The notes under the pieces: generated by a model | What the model saw: the letters and a program-made list of their open reading frames with translations, nothing else | Told to the model about the DNA's origin: nothing | Databases searched by the model: none | Shown here: one piece after another, positions 33,252 to 46,773 of the stretch | How positions within the stretch are numbered: position 1 is the first letter of the stretch | Layout: the number at the start of each line of letters is the position of its first letter | Source: Mayamaea pseudoterrestris | Taxonomy: Eukaryota | Direction: 5' to 3' | Length of the DNA stretch: 64,000 bases | Assembly: GCA_027923505.1 (NCBI GenBank) | Contig: BROI01000005.1 | Span: forward strand, 62,001 to 126,000 | Program-made: the position numbers and the translations under genes

Positions 33252-35387
33252 TTATCGTTTACGTTTGTAACTTTTTCGTGCTGGTGCCTTACTTTTCCTC
33301 TCAGTCCTTCGTCGGTTTAGCTCAACAACCGCTTTTGCCATCTTGTTAATTGCATCATGTGGACGAGGTCCCATTGGGTTGTTTTTAATTGCTGCTCCTT
33401 CCGATTCTGTGTTGCTAGTTGTTCGCAGATCAAACGACCGCACCAATCGCCGCTCATAAAAAGCAAATTTCTGCTGGTGCTCCAAAACTGCTTTTGTTAA
33501 AAAGGATAACAGATCGTCACACCCTTGAACTCCAAGTCGGTCATTATGGCGGGGTGAAAGAGGCACATCAGGTGTGCTTTTTAACCACCGCATGATGCAT
33601 TGCACCATTATGTTGTACTCAGTCCGAGTCTCTGGCACTGACGAGAGGGACATAAGCAGCTGCCGGAAAATCTCATGGTAGATTGACTGGAGACGGGTGA
33701 ACTTGCGCGGATTAATGTTAGGTTCATCCTTCGAGCGATAAGCGAGATGCCAAATGCAAAGGAAATGTTTACAATTTGGGAGAACCCCACCCTCAACCAT
33801 TTGCTCCACAAATGGACCGTATAGCTTCTGCTCACCGTCCGTTGCTATAGCCTGTAGCCTCTCACAGAAGCATCGTCCAAGAAGACTGGGTAGAGCTTTG
33901 GTAGCTACAAAGTTGTTTGACCAGCGTGCACCGGAGGGCATTAAGTACTGAAGTATGCAGTTGATATGGTTTTCAGATGTCTTGACAGTCATTATTAACA
34001 GATTGCGCTTTTCTTGGTTGGTGCCAAATTGTACGTCCATTCCAACTGCCTCAGGGAAGCAATTTGCCATCCGCCGCTGTTCGTCAGTCACCCAAACGAC
34101 ACCAATAAGGACACGAGGCGACCCATTCATTTCAAACGTCAACGCCCGCATTACAGACTTGGACCAGGATTCAGCTGAATCCACATCCTCTGTGGGATGC
34201 TCAAGCATCCCAGGCGGTATCTCTTCAGTGAATTGCTTGCGGGTCTGGGATTCCACTTTTGTTCGAGTGACTCGTAGTTTTCGGATGCTTACGTACCGCC
34301 CTGCATCCCTTTCATCAGCTGTCAAGTAGTCAAATGTGATATCTTTCTGGCTTTCCAAGTAATTGATAATGCGCTGAGCACTGGAAAGATTATTTGATGC
34401 ATCAACTGATGGAGGTATTGTGGCCTGCCGACACCAGTAGCGAATCTGTCCAGCATCCATGACCTCATTGTTGTTTTGCCTAATGACAGCATTGACAATA
34501 CTTGAGTCCAAGTGCACATTGTGTATTGCAACTGCCAAATTTTTGGCTTCATTGGAGACATGACTCAACAGACGCCTTGTTTCAAGCGTCTCCTTCTGCA
34601 TGTGTCCATTATGGCACAGCTGCCCAGCTCCATTCCTGGCAAAGAACCAAGTGCCTTGGCCAACATTCACATCATCGTCGCTCCCTTCCCAGTACAAAGG
34701 AAACAAACACTTGCAAGTCTCTTCTGGTGTCAAAGGCCGAAATGTCTTCTTCTGTCGCTTGTGAAATTCTTTTTGAAATTGATTGTTGATTGAGTGCATC
34801 TTGTCAGTGGATAGACCTGCAATTGCATCAACTTCATCATCGGTTAGACAATCAAGTGCAAAGCCAGCACAAAGCTTTCGAGATCCACTGACTTGGTTCC
34901 TGGCTATAGATTGCTGGCCTGAGAAACATACGCCATAGCTGCATGTGAAGTATATGCATTGCAATTTTTTGTTCCATCCTCGCATCCTTAGTGAAAATCC
35001 AGCTTGGTAACAGGCATTGGACACATAGGGAGCGACTAACTTGTGCCGGGCTTCCTGCGTATTTTCATTGTAAATGTCCCGAGGAAGATAGAAGCGATGA
35101 ATGTCATCGTTCTTTTGGGTCTGTCGGCCGATGCCAATGATGTCGACAAGATTGATCGACTGCTTGCAGTGTCTTGCTTCGCTTTCATCAAATGCCTCGA
35201 GGTCAATTTTGATGCTCTGAGGCTTCCAGCTATAAAGAGGGTTGAGAGAATCCCTGATAGCCTCTAAACTTGCATTGTTCATTGTAATTAGGAGGTAAAT
35301 AATGTTGTTTACGCTGATCGTCGGCATGTGGTACGGCACGCTTGGCACTTGGCGCGTCTGCGAGTTTCTTCTTGTGTCGCACAGCAA
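33252..35387 (-). CDS. MULE DDE transposase (true start probably a downstream ATG; C-terminus appears truncated)
   Basis: FPEAVGMDVQFGTNQEKR (D1), IATDGE (D2), LCIWH (CxxH) and TTSNTESE (E). No SWIM finger before the stop. Confidence 0.88.
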   Translation of the reverse strand: MLCDTRRNSQTRQVPSVPYHMPTISVNNIIYLLITMNNASLEAIRDSLNPLYSWKPQSIKIDLEAFDESEARHCKQSINLVDIIGIGRQTQKNDDIHRFYLPRDIYNENTQEARHKLVAPYVSNACYQAGFSLRMRGWNKKLQCIYFTCSYGVCFSGQQSIARNQVSGSRKLCAGFALDCLTDDEVDAIAGLSTDKMHSINNQFQKEFHKRQKKTFRPLTPEETCKCLFPLYWEGSDDDVNVGQGTWFFARNGAGQLCHNGHMQKETLETRRLLSHVSNEAKNLAVAIHNVHLDSSIVNAVIRQNNNEVMDAGQIRYWCRQATIPPSVDASNNLSSAQRIINYLESQKDITFDYLTADERDAGRYVSIRKLRVTRTKVESQTRKQFTEEIPPGMLEHPTEDVDSAESWSKSVMRALTFEMNGSPRVLIGVVWVTDEQRRMANCFPEAVGMDVQFGTNQEKRNLLIMTVKTSENHINCILQYLMPSGARWSNNFVATKALPSLLGRCFCERLQAIATDGEQKLYGPFVEQMVEGGVLPNCKHFLCIWHLAYRSKDEPNINPRKFTRLQSIYHEIFRQLLMSLSSVPETRTEYNIMVQCIMRWLKSTPDVPLSPRHNDRLGVQGCDDLLSFLTKAVLEHQQKFAFYERRLVRSFDLRTTSNTESEGAAIKNNPMGPRPHDAINKMAKAVVELNRRRTERKSKAPARKSYKRKR

Positions 35388-35721
35388 CTACATGACGTCA
35401 TTACTGATGACGTCACTGACCGTTACGAACGACGGACAGAAATCGTTGCGCTGTTTAAGGGCTCTCTACACTTATTGTGTACAACATGGTATCCAATCGA
35501 GCAAGTACTCTCATGTAGCTTAATTACTTGGTTTACAGTTAATTTGTAATAGGATTTATAGACAATTAACAAGAGCATGTACAGTTAGTGATACAATGGG
35601 TGGCGACGTTATTCTCACTGTTAAGGCAAACTACGCTACGCGCCAGCGAGCGATGTTTGCGCGCCATGGGGGGTGTTGTCGTTTTGCGTTATTCTATGCC
35701 ATCAGGTAATGAATAAGCTGT

Positions 35722-38700
35722 TTACTTCTTCTTCCGTGATCTGAAGCGTCGTCGATCGATATTGCCGTACATTATCGATCGATCCAAAAGAATTATGCGC
35801 ATTGCTAATGACGATGGGGTCGCCTCGCCTATAGCCTTCCATCGCGCCGGGAGAGTCGAACGCAGATGCCCAATATCCTCCTTTATCCACTCAGGAGAGA
35901 TCGTATCCTCGAGTAGAATAACGCAAGCCATGAGCTTTGCTGGGCCTTCAGAGACTTGCACCAGCTCGCGCCATTTGTTTGAATACTCCGGGCGCCATGC
36001 CCCCGTCTCGGTGACGTCAATGGATCCGACGGGCAATGCAGCTTCCACTGCAAGTACAGCCGCTTTAACTGCAGCAAATGTTGATGCATTCACAGTGTGC
36101 GCACTCTCGGCTTGGGCGACACGAGAAAAATCAGGCAAAGAACCAGAACCGCGTGCTCGATCCTTAGACCCGAGATAACTCTTTGCGACAAGTCCATTTA
36201 ATAGTGTTGGTAGTCCATAAGTCCACGATGCGCGTTCCTCGTATAATTCGTTTTGTCTTGAAATACTTGTTCCATTTTTAACGAATATGCTGCTTGGATC
36301 CACCCATTCGGTGTAATGGCTACCCCAGCCATCGAATTGTACACGATACGCATCAATCATACCCTTGCCCGCACCATTAGCAACCTGACGGATACTGACG
36401 TCAACCACTGTTGCATCCCATAAAATAGAGCCCGCCCGAGTTTCAACAACCACCTGTTCACCAACGGCGAAGGACTGTAGAGTGCAGCAAAAGGAGGATG
36501 AGGGGAGGGGCTCTGCCAAATAATTGCAGAAAAAATATGACACTTACCAACGCATCAAAATTTCCATCTGCTTGCGCAGTCTTTGCTTTTCTATCAGTAT
36601 CTTTCTCGTATAAGAAGTTGATTGCATCAGGATATCGACGATATAGTAAGTTGTCGACCCATTTCCCGGTCTTGAACAGCGAATATGCATTGGGATATAA
36701 TTTTCTAAGCTCGCTAAGCAGCTTGTCTTTTCGAAGGGCAGCCATAACACTTGCGACACTCTCAGGGTCACCAAACCGATGCCATGTGTACAAGCCCGCA
36801 TCATTCATGCCCGTGCACACAAACAGCGCGCTCGCGTCACCTTTGAACTGCCAGTACGTCCGCCCAGCCCCGTCCCTTCCGACTTCTAAAGTTCGACCAC
36901 ATTGTAACGCAGCTTGTTTCTCGACTAGCTCTGCTTGTTTTTCCTTGTAACGCTGAATCATCAGGTCCTTTCGTCCATGATGGGCGGCATTAGCGCAACA
37001 TTCATGCGCCGACAGAGATCCTTTGATAAAGGGAAGGCCACTCTCGTCGCGGAAAAACATTTCGTGATGAAAAGCAGTGTCTGCCCTGGGAACAAACTCC
37101 AACATGCCTCCATCTTCAATGAACGTTAAACTAGGATCCGGTACAGAAAAAAGGTCGCCATCGACACGAATTGTTACAGCGCAAATTGAGCTCCTCTGCA
37201 TATCGGATCTTGCATCTGTTGTCTCCGGAACCACAGCGATAAGTGCTACACGGCGACTTCGAGCCAAATGAGGAATCATCTCGTTCCATTCATGCTCGTC
37301 TGGAACGCGCACAAGCGGCATTCCGAGGGCAACATCTGTCAGACCGCAAAATGTACACTGAAGCCTCCGACACCTCACGCTTGCTAATTCCAACCCTGCA
37401 ATTGATGTAGACAAGGCAGCATCGACGACCTGTGATACATGGTCTTCTTGAAAAGAGGCGATGGCAGGCTTTAGCTGCGCCTTAATACTGTAAGCAGCCA
37501 GGCTGTCTTCCATAGCTTTACTCCGTTTCTTCTTCAAGGCCATCGCCTCAAAGAAACCATGCCTTTTTTCATTGTCTACCAAAGCAGCCTTTAATGGTTC
37601 ACTAGTGTCTCCTAACTCTGTGAATTGGTCGACGTCCATGTCGTCGATGACTTCTACCGCGCTAGCCATGGCCACCGCGGATGGCTTCCCGTTGTTCGTG
37701 CTTTCAGTAGCTACAAGACTCCTTTCTCCAAACAAATTGGAAACCGGTGCTTCGTCAGACCCGCCTAAGGGTACTATAGTATTGTCCACGTCGGGCTGAT
37801 CGTTCGATTCGAAAATTTCCGGCAGAATCTGCCGGATGTTATTGACCTTCCCAGATTGTTCTAAAGGCTTCGTCATTGATTCTGCGGCTTCCGACTCCAT
37901 CTTGGCAATCACACCTTGTACCAACTCGCTCGAAGAACATTTCATTGTCAATAGCACAAGAATGCGCATCCATTCGGTTGCGGTCATCTCATTAGGATCC
38001 ACAACGAGCAGTGTGCCCGAGGCCGCCAGTGTATCGGTAAAAACTGAACTCGACAATGCGACTTGAGCGGCTGAATCGGATAAATTTGGATTCAAAGGAA
38101 TGGGAACCAGATTTCGGTACAAACCATTGTCAACGCCATCGCCGTATCCGGCGCTTTCCGCCAAAGCCTGCAGGCATTCAACTGGTGGGACGTCGACACG
38201 AGCGCGCTTCAAAGCTGCGTCGATTTCTTCACGCGACCACGTCTCTGTCACGCCGCTTTCTAACTTGACCGCGTACACCAATGATGGAAGCGAGTGATTC
38301 TCGTGATAAACAAAACAACTACTCTCCACCATTCCACGCGAACCAGACGCGTCTAATTTAGTAACGGTTTTTCCTATTCGTGGGTCAAGCATTCCATAAC
38401 AGCGACCGCTGACGCATCTTGGACAATACCAGTCACCTTTCGGAACCTTTGCTAACGGCGGATCAAGCCGTGTAATATTATATTTTCCTTCGCAGCCATC
38501 GCAGACGAGAACGGTAGCTTCGTCATCGGAAGTGTGAGGCTGGACACACTTGTCATCATCGAGCTCTATCAGCGCCGGTCGCACATGTTGAGGTGCCAGG
38601 ACCCAGTCGAAAAACAACCTCTCGAAAAGCCGAATAAATTCTGAAGCCATGGCAACAACCGTCGGTCCGGCATTCGCGTACGCCAATGTATTTTGCTCCA

Positions 38701-41700
38701 AAAGCCGCATATTTCTGCCAAAGTCGCGCACTACAGTCTCGACGAACGATACTGCTGATGAGTGGTCTAAGCTTTGAGCTTTTGATGCGGCTTCCTGCAG
38801 CTGTGTTCCAATCGTGCGTAAACAAATGGGACGCAAGACAGCGTCATAGTAGCCTGGATTCGATTGGGGATCGACTGGGAATAGGAATGAAGAGGCTTGA
38901 CTGGTCACACACAACGTGCGAAGCACAGCGAGACACCGGCGGATTAGCTCAGGCGCCGAAACAATGTCGCCGCAGAAGTCATCATAGTCGGTGGGCTTCC
39001 CAATTTTGTTTTCTCCAAGTGTTACTTTATCCGTCGAGTCATTTGTTTGCACTTGTCCATTGCCTACCTCACTTATACCTGCTCCATGAGCTACTGAAAC
39101 ATCGGTCTGAGTCTGCAAAGATTTTACATCTTTTCGTGGTCCTTCCTCGTCTTCCTCGTCGTCATCATCATCTGCGTCATCACCTTCTCCGTTTGACTCA
39201 TGACGGATAAGCTCTTTCTTCAATGTCAACGCCTCCTCCATATATCCCTGGCGCTCCTGAACTAGTTTCTTGAATGTCGTCTTGGTCAAAGGCAAGGAGT
39301 TAAGCAGGCCTGCTAGTCGTCGGTATTTGCCATCAGATGAAACGGAGCAGCTGTATGTGTCACTCGCTGATGCCGACTCGAAGTCATATATATCGAATCC
39401 AGGTCTACCAATCATATCAAAAATCTTCAAAACTTCGCCTTTTGCACGCTTCACAACAAGTTTGGGGTTTTCCTTAGCGTCCGCCGCGTCAAGTATGCGA
39501 ATGATGGCCTCTAAGCCTTGCTCAACCCGAGCTGCAACCACACCATCCTTTCGAATCGCGCTCAGTGATTTTGTAATGTTTAGTTTACAAAAGGCTACCG
39601 AAGGTTCCTCTGATGCTTTTATGTTATGCAGAAACGAGTGGAAGCTGCCAGGTGGACATATAGGCGCACAAGGTATTTCGGTTCGGATGGGGACGCTGAC
39701 GCGGTGCACGCGGTCCAAACCTGTTTCTACTTCCTGCCGCGCGATTGCGATCCAAATGTCCTCAATTTTGCGCAACCTTCGAGCCTCCTTCGAATTCGGA
39801 TGTCCGGAACTTCTGTAACCGCGAAGAATATGAGCCGCTTCGTGCCTTTGTAGTCCCAATTCACCAAGAGCATCTGAGAGCAACGAAGCACGTGCAATTT
39901 CTTGCCATGTCATAACATTTACTGGAAAAAGGATATCCGTTTTGACAGATACATCATGGTGATTCCTTCGATCTGCTGACTTGGTCGGCGTGGCAGCTGA
40001 TACCTCGTTAAAGAAACCTGCACCGAAGTCTTTCTGAAGATTCGGATTTAATGCAATGAGACTTGCAAACATCGTTCTCGTCAAATTGGCAGCTAAAGGT
40101 TGGCATAACGCCATGGCAATATTCGTGAGTAGCGCGACAGCCGACGCGCGCTTCATTCCGGCACGAGAATTACGAAGCGCCTCGACAGCTGATTGGAGGG
40201 CATCCAAGGTGGGCAAGTGCTTTATGAAACCCCTTTCCAGAAAAAAATTGCCAAATGATGCCATAAAATCCCATACACGCAACGTATCTTCGTCATACGA
40301 AGTTGAAAGCAGCAGAGGGAGCGTGCAATCGACAACATCATACTTTGAATAGCTGGCGTTTGGGCCACCGTGGGTATTCTTGGCGTGATCAATAATTGAT
40401 TGTCCTGCGACTAATTCGGCCGCTCGGCGCCTGCGAGCAAATTCTCTGAGCATGTTCCTGAGCATCGTAGCCACTACTTTCTCGCGCTGAAATGTAGCTT
40501 CATTGAACAATCGCTCTTCCACCTGCACGCGTAAGCGAGATAGGCGCTCTTCCGCGCGAGCGCGTTTCTTTACATCCTCCTCTTCCAACTTTTGTCGCTT
40601 TCGTGAATCTCTCACATCATCTCGATGCTTGCGCTTTTTTAGTCTTTCGATTTCTTGCTGGACTTTCTCTTGTGCTTCCTGCGACTTTTTCAATCTCTGA
40701 ATTTCTTCTTTCTCTCGCTTGAGCTGCGCATCATGAACCCATGACTTGTTCATACTCCCGAAGCCGGCGGCTCGGAACGCTTGGAAGACGTACGAGTCGC
40801 AGTATTCGCTACCAGGCAAACCTTCAATCAAAGCTTCAATGTCGGAGTTGTAAAACGTGTCGTTGCGTTCCAAAAGATCCAAGGGCGACACCACCTTTTT
40901 CTTATTTCCTGATAAAAATATTATTAAATCTTAGTCAAGGAAACATACGTAATTGTAAAATTGATGCTGTCGACGTACCAGTGCTACCCATCCTCAACTT
41001 CTCCTTTTTGATTGCCGTAGCCATCCAAGACACCTGTTGAGCTTTCGAAATCTCGTCCAATCTGAACGGATTGCACAGAAAAGGACCAAGCAAACTGATG
41101 CGGGCATCCGCAAGTGCCAAAGCCGCCTCTTGACTCTCATCCATCACTTCATCCAAATCTTCCTTTAGATCATCGACTCGCTGCTTCAAGTGTATCTCTC
41201 GTTCCGAAAGAGGCTCGGCAACTTCTTCGTTCTCAGCAATATCTATATCTACTCGCGCCTCGCCATTTCTTCGATGCTCATCTGGGGAATCATCGCCGTT
41301 CAAACGCAGCGACGGTGCCGGCGATGATGCCCTACTACTAAAGGCTGTCACACTGCCGTCATTGTCGCAGCTCGACGCTCGGTCACGCCTAGACAATTTG
41401 GTGTGTGATCCGGGACCTTGCTGCATCCTATCTCGAGCCTTTTGGAGAGCCTCTTCTCGCAGCTTCTTAACGGCTTCCAATCCAGCATCGTTCATGAGCT
41501 CATCAATCAGCCCCAACTCAACTAGTGCCTTGCCCCAGGCTTCAAGCGGCGATGCGTCCACGACGCATGTAACAGGCTTGCCGCGAATTCCACTCAATAT
41601 CGGACTTCCGCTAGCATCGACCGCATCGTCACCTACATAATGACAAGCGAAAATAAAGAGTCAGAAAAGATACAACCCGCGCGTGTCAATATACGCAAAG

Positions 41701-42813
41701 AAAAACCACACACGTACTAGTAAGTAGCAGCTCAATATCCGGATCTGGGTACACTGCCTCCTCCGTAAAGCCCTCATCATAGCGAATCGTCATTTTGACT
41801 TCCGTCCGACGCTTCTTCTTTGCCTTGGCGTCCACAGTCGCTGCACCATCATCGGCAGCCACAATGGTCCCATTAATATAGACACTGCGCTCTAGTCGAA
41901 CCTTGACTCGCATGCCAACTTGAGGAAGCAGCTTGCGCGACGAGGAGGACTTTGTAGCATTACCGCCATTGTGGGCACTATAGTCGGCAAGCTCGAGCGG
42001 CGTGGCGCTGAGCGGCGGGGCGTGTACGTGCGGATCAAAGGCATGGTCATCGTCGTGCCCATTCTCATCGTCAATGCCAGGTCCCCATACAATGCGAAAG
42101 AGCGGTCCGTCAACTTTGGGTTCAAACTTGCGACCATCCAGTATCGAGCATCGCAGCTTGAGCGAACGACCATGCGCGGGGCTAAACTCGTATCGGTCAC
42201 AGGAAAAGCCAATGGGATAGAGTGCTGCCGTTGTGCAAAAGTTGTTGTCAGCACTCGAGTCAATCAGCAAGCGCCCAAAGCTTCGAACGGTAATGTCGGC
42301 AATCGGCATGGGAAGGGATGGAACCGTTTCCTGCAACATGGCGCGGGCATCGCTTGCCGCTTCCAAGTAGAGTGGAGAAATTTGATGATGCGACAAAGAT
42401 GCAGCAGCTACCCCAGTTAAAGGTTTCTTCTTCTTGGTCTTTGTTGTTGAAGAATTACCCTTGCTTGTAGCGATTGACGACGCCTTGCTTGCTCCGCTCT
42501 TTGGGGTCGCTGGCGTTGCCTTTTTCTTCTTCTTCTTTGGCGTCGGCGCGACAATGGCAACAACGGGAACGGCTTGTATTTCTTCGTCGTCAATGTCGTC
42601 CTCATCATTGTCTGCAACCACTTCTGCGGCCGCCATGACTTCCGCATCGTCGTCATAGTCATCGCCGTCCTCGGCGGCAACGGCAATCGCGGGCGCTTCC
42701 TCGTCGTCCATCTCATCGTCGTTCAATGTTTCATGATCGTCTTCCTCCTCGTCCTCCATCACGTGATCGTCGGCCAGAGCCGCGTCTGGAGCGTCCAACA
42801 CTTCCGAAGGCAT
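35722..42813 (-). CDS. Large chromatin protein (FYR-like, Tudor-like, DDT-like, bromodomain, PHD, WHIM-like; BAZ/MBD9-like), 4 exons (introns 41633..41717, 40909..40978, 36475..36547), ~2287 aa
   Basis: Four ORFs splice in frame through GT-AG. Motifs: LYPIGF (FYRN), LRVWDFM..F (DDT), FLFPVDP..PGYYDAV.RPI.L (bromo), VCDGCE..Y..L.PPL..VPKGDWYCPRC (PHD), VGRDGAGRTYW (WHIM). Confidence 0.85.
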
Positions 42814-43588
42814 GCTTGGTCGCTACTATTGTATCAAGTCTTCAAGAAACTATGGGACTCGCCGCCAATTCGATGTTTGTAGAGTCAATGGCCGATTATA
42901 AGGTAGAAGGACAATTTTCGGCCGCGGAAGCGTGACAAGATCGAGAGCAAGTTTTATGTGGAGAATCGCCGTAGAACTCCTACCGAATCGGTCGTAGGAT
43001 CTAAAACGGCAAGCTCTTCAACACCCGAGACCTTCTCGTCGCCAATTACCAGTATTTATATGATAGTAGGATCAAGTATAGCAACAGTAATGCGCTCAAT
43101 ATGGAGTCTCGAACAAATAGGTGAATACAGTGTCACACCAACAGATGGACACACACGACAGATACGATCGACAAGCTTCGCTCCGGCAAAATGCATGATG
43201 CGTGACAAGAGCAAGCAAAAGGAGAGGCCGAGAGGAAAGCACTCGGTCGAACGAAACCTCGGAAGCCAAGATGGATTCAACCACCACGCGATTCGCCCGA
43301 TCAAGGCAGTCAAGCGCGCCGTCCGCGCTTTTTAGTGTCGCAGTGATATTGAAACGTCACGGCGTGACGTTCATGTTCTTTGAAACGGCTGGCGTGCTAA
43401 CGACACAATGTTAGCTAACAGTAAGGAACGTTTGACAATGTTGTCAAAGTACAAGATCATGCTAATTCACCACTGCTATCCAATGGCAATACCCTGCCAT
43501 ACCTTACTAGTGAGATTTGTAAATATACAGCACTATTGATAATCCTTCATGCTCAACTATAAAGTCGTGTAAAAATGTAGACTTGCGA

Positions 43589-46500
43589 CTACAAGAAAAA
43601 GGGCCGTCCAGCGTACTTTTCGTCATTCACCATCTCTCCCGAATCCGAAAACATGCCCGCCAGCTCCGCAAGCTTGTGCGCCATTTGGACCGTTGCAGGG
43701 ACCTTGATGGGACCAGTCCAATTCGGGTAGTCGTAACACTGACCGTGCGAGAGCCGCTTCAAGTCCAAGCGAACAAGGTCCTCGTCCTTTTGAATGACAG
43801 TAAAGCGGGTTGGCTTGGGAGTGCTAAATGGAGGAGCCGTGCCATTGAGATAAAAGGTTGGGTAGTTCAGCTCCTCAATGCTGTCAACCAGTGTTCCTAC
43901 GGGTGCTCCATACGTATTGCCTCCTTGCTCCACCAGAAACTTGGTTGAAATGCGCTTTTGGCAAACAATATAAGATAATGGAATCGGCTTGCTCTTGGCC
44001 TTGCCGACCACGTCACCTGCAAGGCCTTGGCGAATGCCTTCAATTTCCTCTCCCGCGTGTTGATCAAAGGCAGATTCGCCAATGCCATCGCGCCAGACAA
44101 TGACAGACTTTGGCTCCACCTTTAGCAGCCTAATGGCCTTGGAGATGGTTTCCTTCAAAGCGTCCGCGAGCTGATATTCTTGTCCGGCAATTCGTTTAAA
44201 AGGCTTTGAGTAAATGTTAGCCTTTTTCTTGTCCTTTTCATCAATGATTTCGACAATAACAGCCGCGCAAGAGGCTTTCCGTTCGCGCCTCCTAGTGGTG
44301 GCATTGTAAGCCATCGGAGCGTGAAAGACATCAACACCCAAGAATAGACACGGAAGAGGCAATTCTTTTGGAATATTCGTCCACCAAAGTCGCACTCCGC
44401 ACTTTTGGAGAATCTGGCGAGCCACTCCCTGCAAAATCTGACCGCTCTTTTTGGCGTCTGCATTTGGGCTTCCATGGGCCATCTTTTTAAAGTTGACAAA
44501 TTGAGACAAATGTCCGCCTTTTGCCAACAGCCACTTGACAATTGGATATGCTGGGTCCAAAGTTGATCTTGCCGGCCGTACAAAGTCCAAAAAGAACGTG
44601 TTGGGAGGAAGTTTTTGAGATAATTCCTGCGTCATGGCTTGCTGATGACTACCTTCGTTAACGCCAGCATCCACTATCTTCTTCGGTCTATCGCCCATGC
44701 GATAAGTGGTGCTAAATCCATTAACAAGGTTGCGAATTTGCCCGTACACTGTAATGAAGTGAAGAAGAGTTTGAGTAGGGCAAAACATCGCAAGTCAAGA
44801 CTTGATGAATTTAAAACTCACCCGCCATCGACGTCCTTTCATCAAGGCTTCTGTTGCGAAAAATGATTACATTGAGCTCATTTTCCTTCTTCGGCTGTAC
44901 CTTGAACTGAGCCTTGATGACCGTATTTCCAAAGTTACTGCCCGATACTTCAATGCCAGCGACAATCAGTTGAGGAGCAGGAACGACAGTCGCGCTCACT
45001 ACAAGCCGTCTGTCCGCAAGATTAATCCCAATCGCCGGCAGTAAGCCACTTCGGTTCCTCGTGGATTGAGCGCCGGGGATCAAAAATCTGGAAATCGCGT
45101 CAATTTCTTCGCGTCGTCGCTCAGGCTTAAAACTGGCAATCTGAGGCAAGCGCTCCTTGACTGTCGCATCGAGTTCATTTCCTGTAATTAGTTCCGGAGG
45201 TAGAAAAATGTTCTCGTTGCGTCTCCCCGGGACAGTCACCATGGGGATTGCATTTGGGTGTACGAGCTGAACACCCTTTGAGCGAAAGTACGCCGCGTGC
45301 GTAGTTCTTGTGCCAGGAATAAGAAGCGTATTAGCACTGTTACCGAAGTCGAGATCAGCAACCGTGTAGCCTGTATGTGAGCAAGATTTTGTTAGTCAAT
45401 AGCTGATCAAGAAACTATCAAGCTGAAATCGCTTTTCGTCTGTCATCATGTACGTACATCGCTTTTCCCGTGTGTAGATCACCACCTGCCCAACCCACTT
45501 GCGCCTTTCAGCGTTTTGCTCTTGCATGGTAAACTGGGTATTCCGGCCATCCGGGTTGATCTCATCTAGTAAGGATAGATTGCGTATCACCTTGGCACGG
45601 AGGTCCAGCGTGAGAACCAATGCCACCTTGCCGCCGATCCGTTGCAAGCCAAAATAGGCATCGTACGCCGGATAAATTGTGCAACCTCGCTCATCCTTTC
45701 CCTTTTCTGGATCATAATGGCGGCCGCCCCAGCGATCCAAACGCTCATCCAATGCTCGGTTCAGGAAAATGTTCACGTACGCTGTGAAAAGCTCTGGCGT
45801 CGCTGGCTCTGCGCCCACAATGCTCTGTTGAGTAACCGGTTGATGATTTGAATTACGACAGTGCTGCAAAAGTGCTTGGTTGGTTTGATAAGTAGCAGTG
45901 CAGCTTCCGCATCGATGCGAATCCAAAGCGACATCCCCAGCAGGAGTCGGGGATACTACTTGTTGAAGTAAATCAGGTGCCTTCCAGTGCTTGACTTCAA
46001 TGCACCGAATAACATCACCATTCTCGTCAATTGCCAAATCCTTTGGAAGGTCAGTTTCCTCCAACCGTGGTATTTTTCGCGCCGAGAAAAAGTAGGCTCC
46101 CTGGAACGCAACGACGCGTTTCCAATCATCCTTCTCAGCGTCGGGCATGCCACTAAAGTGATTGTCCCACAAGCCAATGCGAAACAATTGAGCGCGGCGA
46201 AAGCGGCCATCAATCGGCTTGCCACTCTTGTCCGTGCATGAAACCATGTACTGATAAAAGGAGAAGAATGGAGTCACCGTGGCTTTAATGAGATTGGTCG
46301 AAACATTGCGGATGCCGCTCAAATCAGGTCCGCGGCCGCCACTGCCACGAAAACCGCCGCCGCGTCCACCTCCGCGATCCCCTCGATCGCCGCCACCTCG
46401 TCGCTCGTAGCCGGTGCTGCTTGCTCGATCGCCTCCGCGTCCCTGATAACCTCCGCCTCCACCGCGTCCCTGATAGCCTCCTCCACCGCCACGCCCCTGA

Positions 46501-46773
46501 TAGCCACCTCCTCGATCGCCACCGCCACTGCGATATCCTCCTTGCTGCCGGCCTCCTCCTCCATCACCTCTTGCTCCTCCACGACGTCCTCCGCCGCCGC
46601 TTCCTCGATCTGCAGTCGTAATAATGTAAATTGAGAACGTGTAAAAAGATGAGAATCTGCTGCTGCTAAACCGATCACTCAATCTTGCAATTTTGCCGCC
46701 TCCAGCAAAGCAACTCACCACCACCACCTCCTCCTCGTCCATAGTCACGTCTTCCTCCTCCTCGTCCCGACAT
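43589..46773 (-). CDS. AGO: Argonaute/PIWI family protein copy 1, 4 exons (introns 46610..46718, 45371..45457, 44749..44821), ~971 aa
   Basis: RGG-rich N-terminus, PAZ (HAAYFRSKGVQL..IFLPPEL) and PIWI (LGVDVFH, VWRDGIGE, CQKRISTKF, PTRFTV, WTGPIKVPATVQMAHKLA). Exon lengths sum to 2916 nt in frame. Confidence 0.95.

Larger units (their letters stand above)
32140..35466 (-). mobile_element. Mutator-like (MULE) DNA transposon with 92-bp perfect terminal inverted repeats
   Basis: 32140..32231 (GAGAGCCCTTAAACAGCGC..TGTGCGACA) is the exact reverse complement of 35375..35466, and the pair encloses a MULE transposase ORF. Confidence 0.92.
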
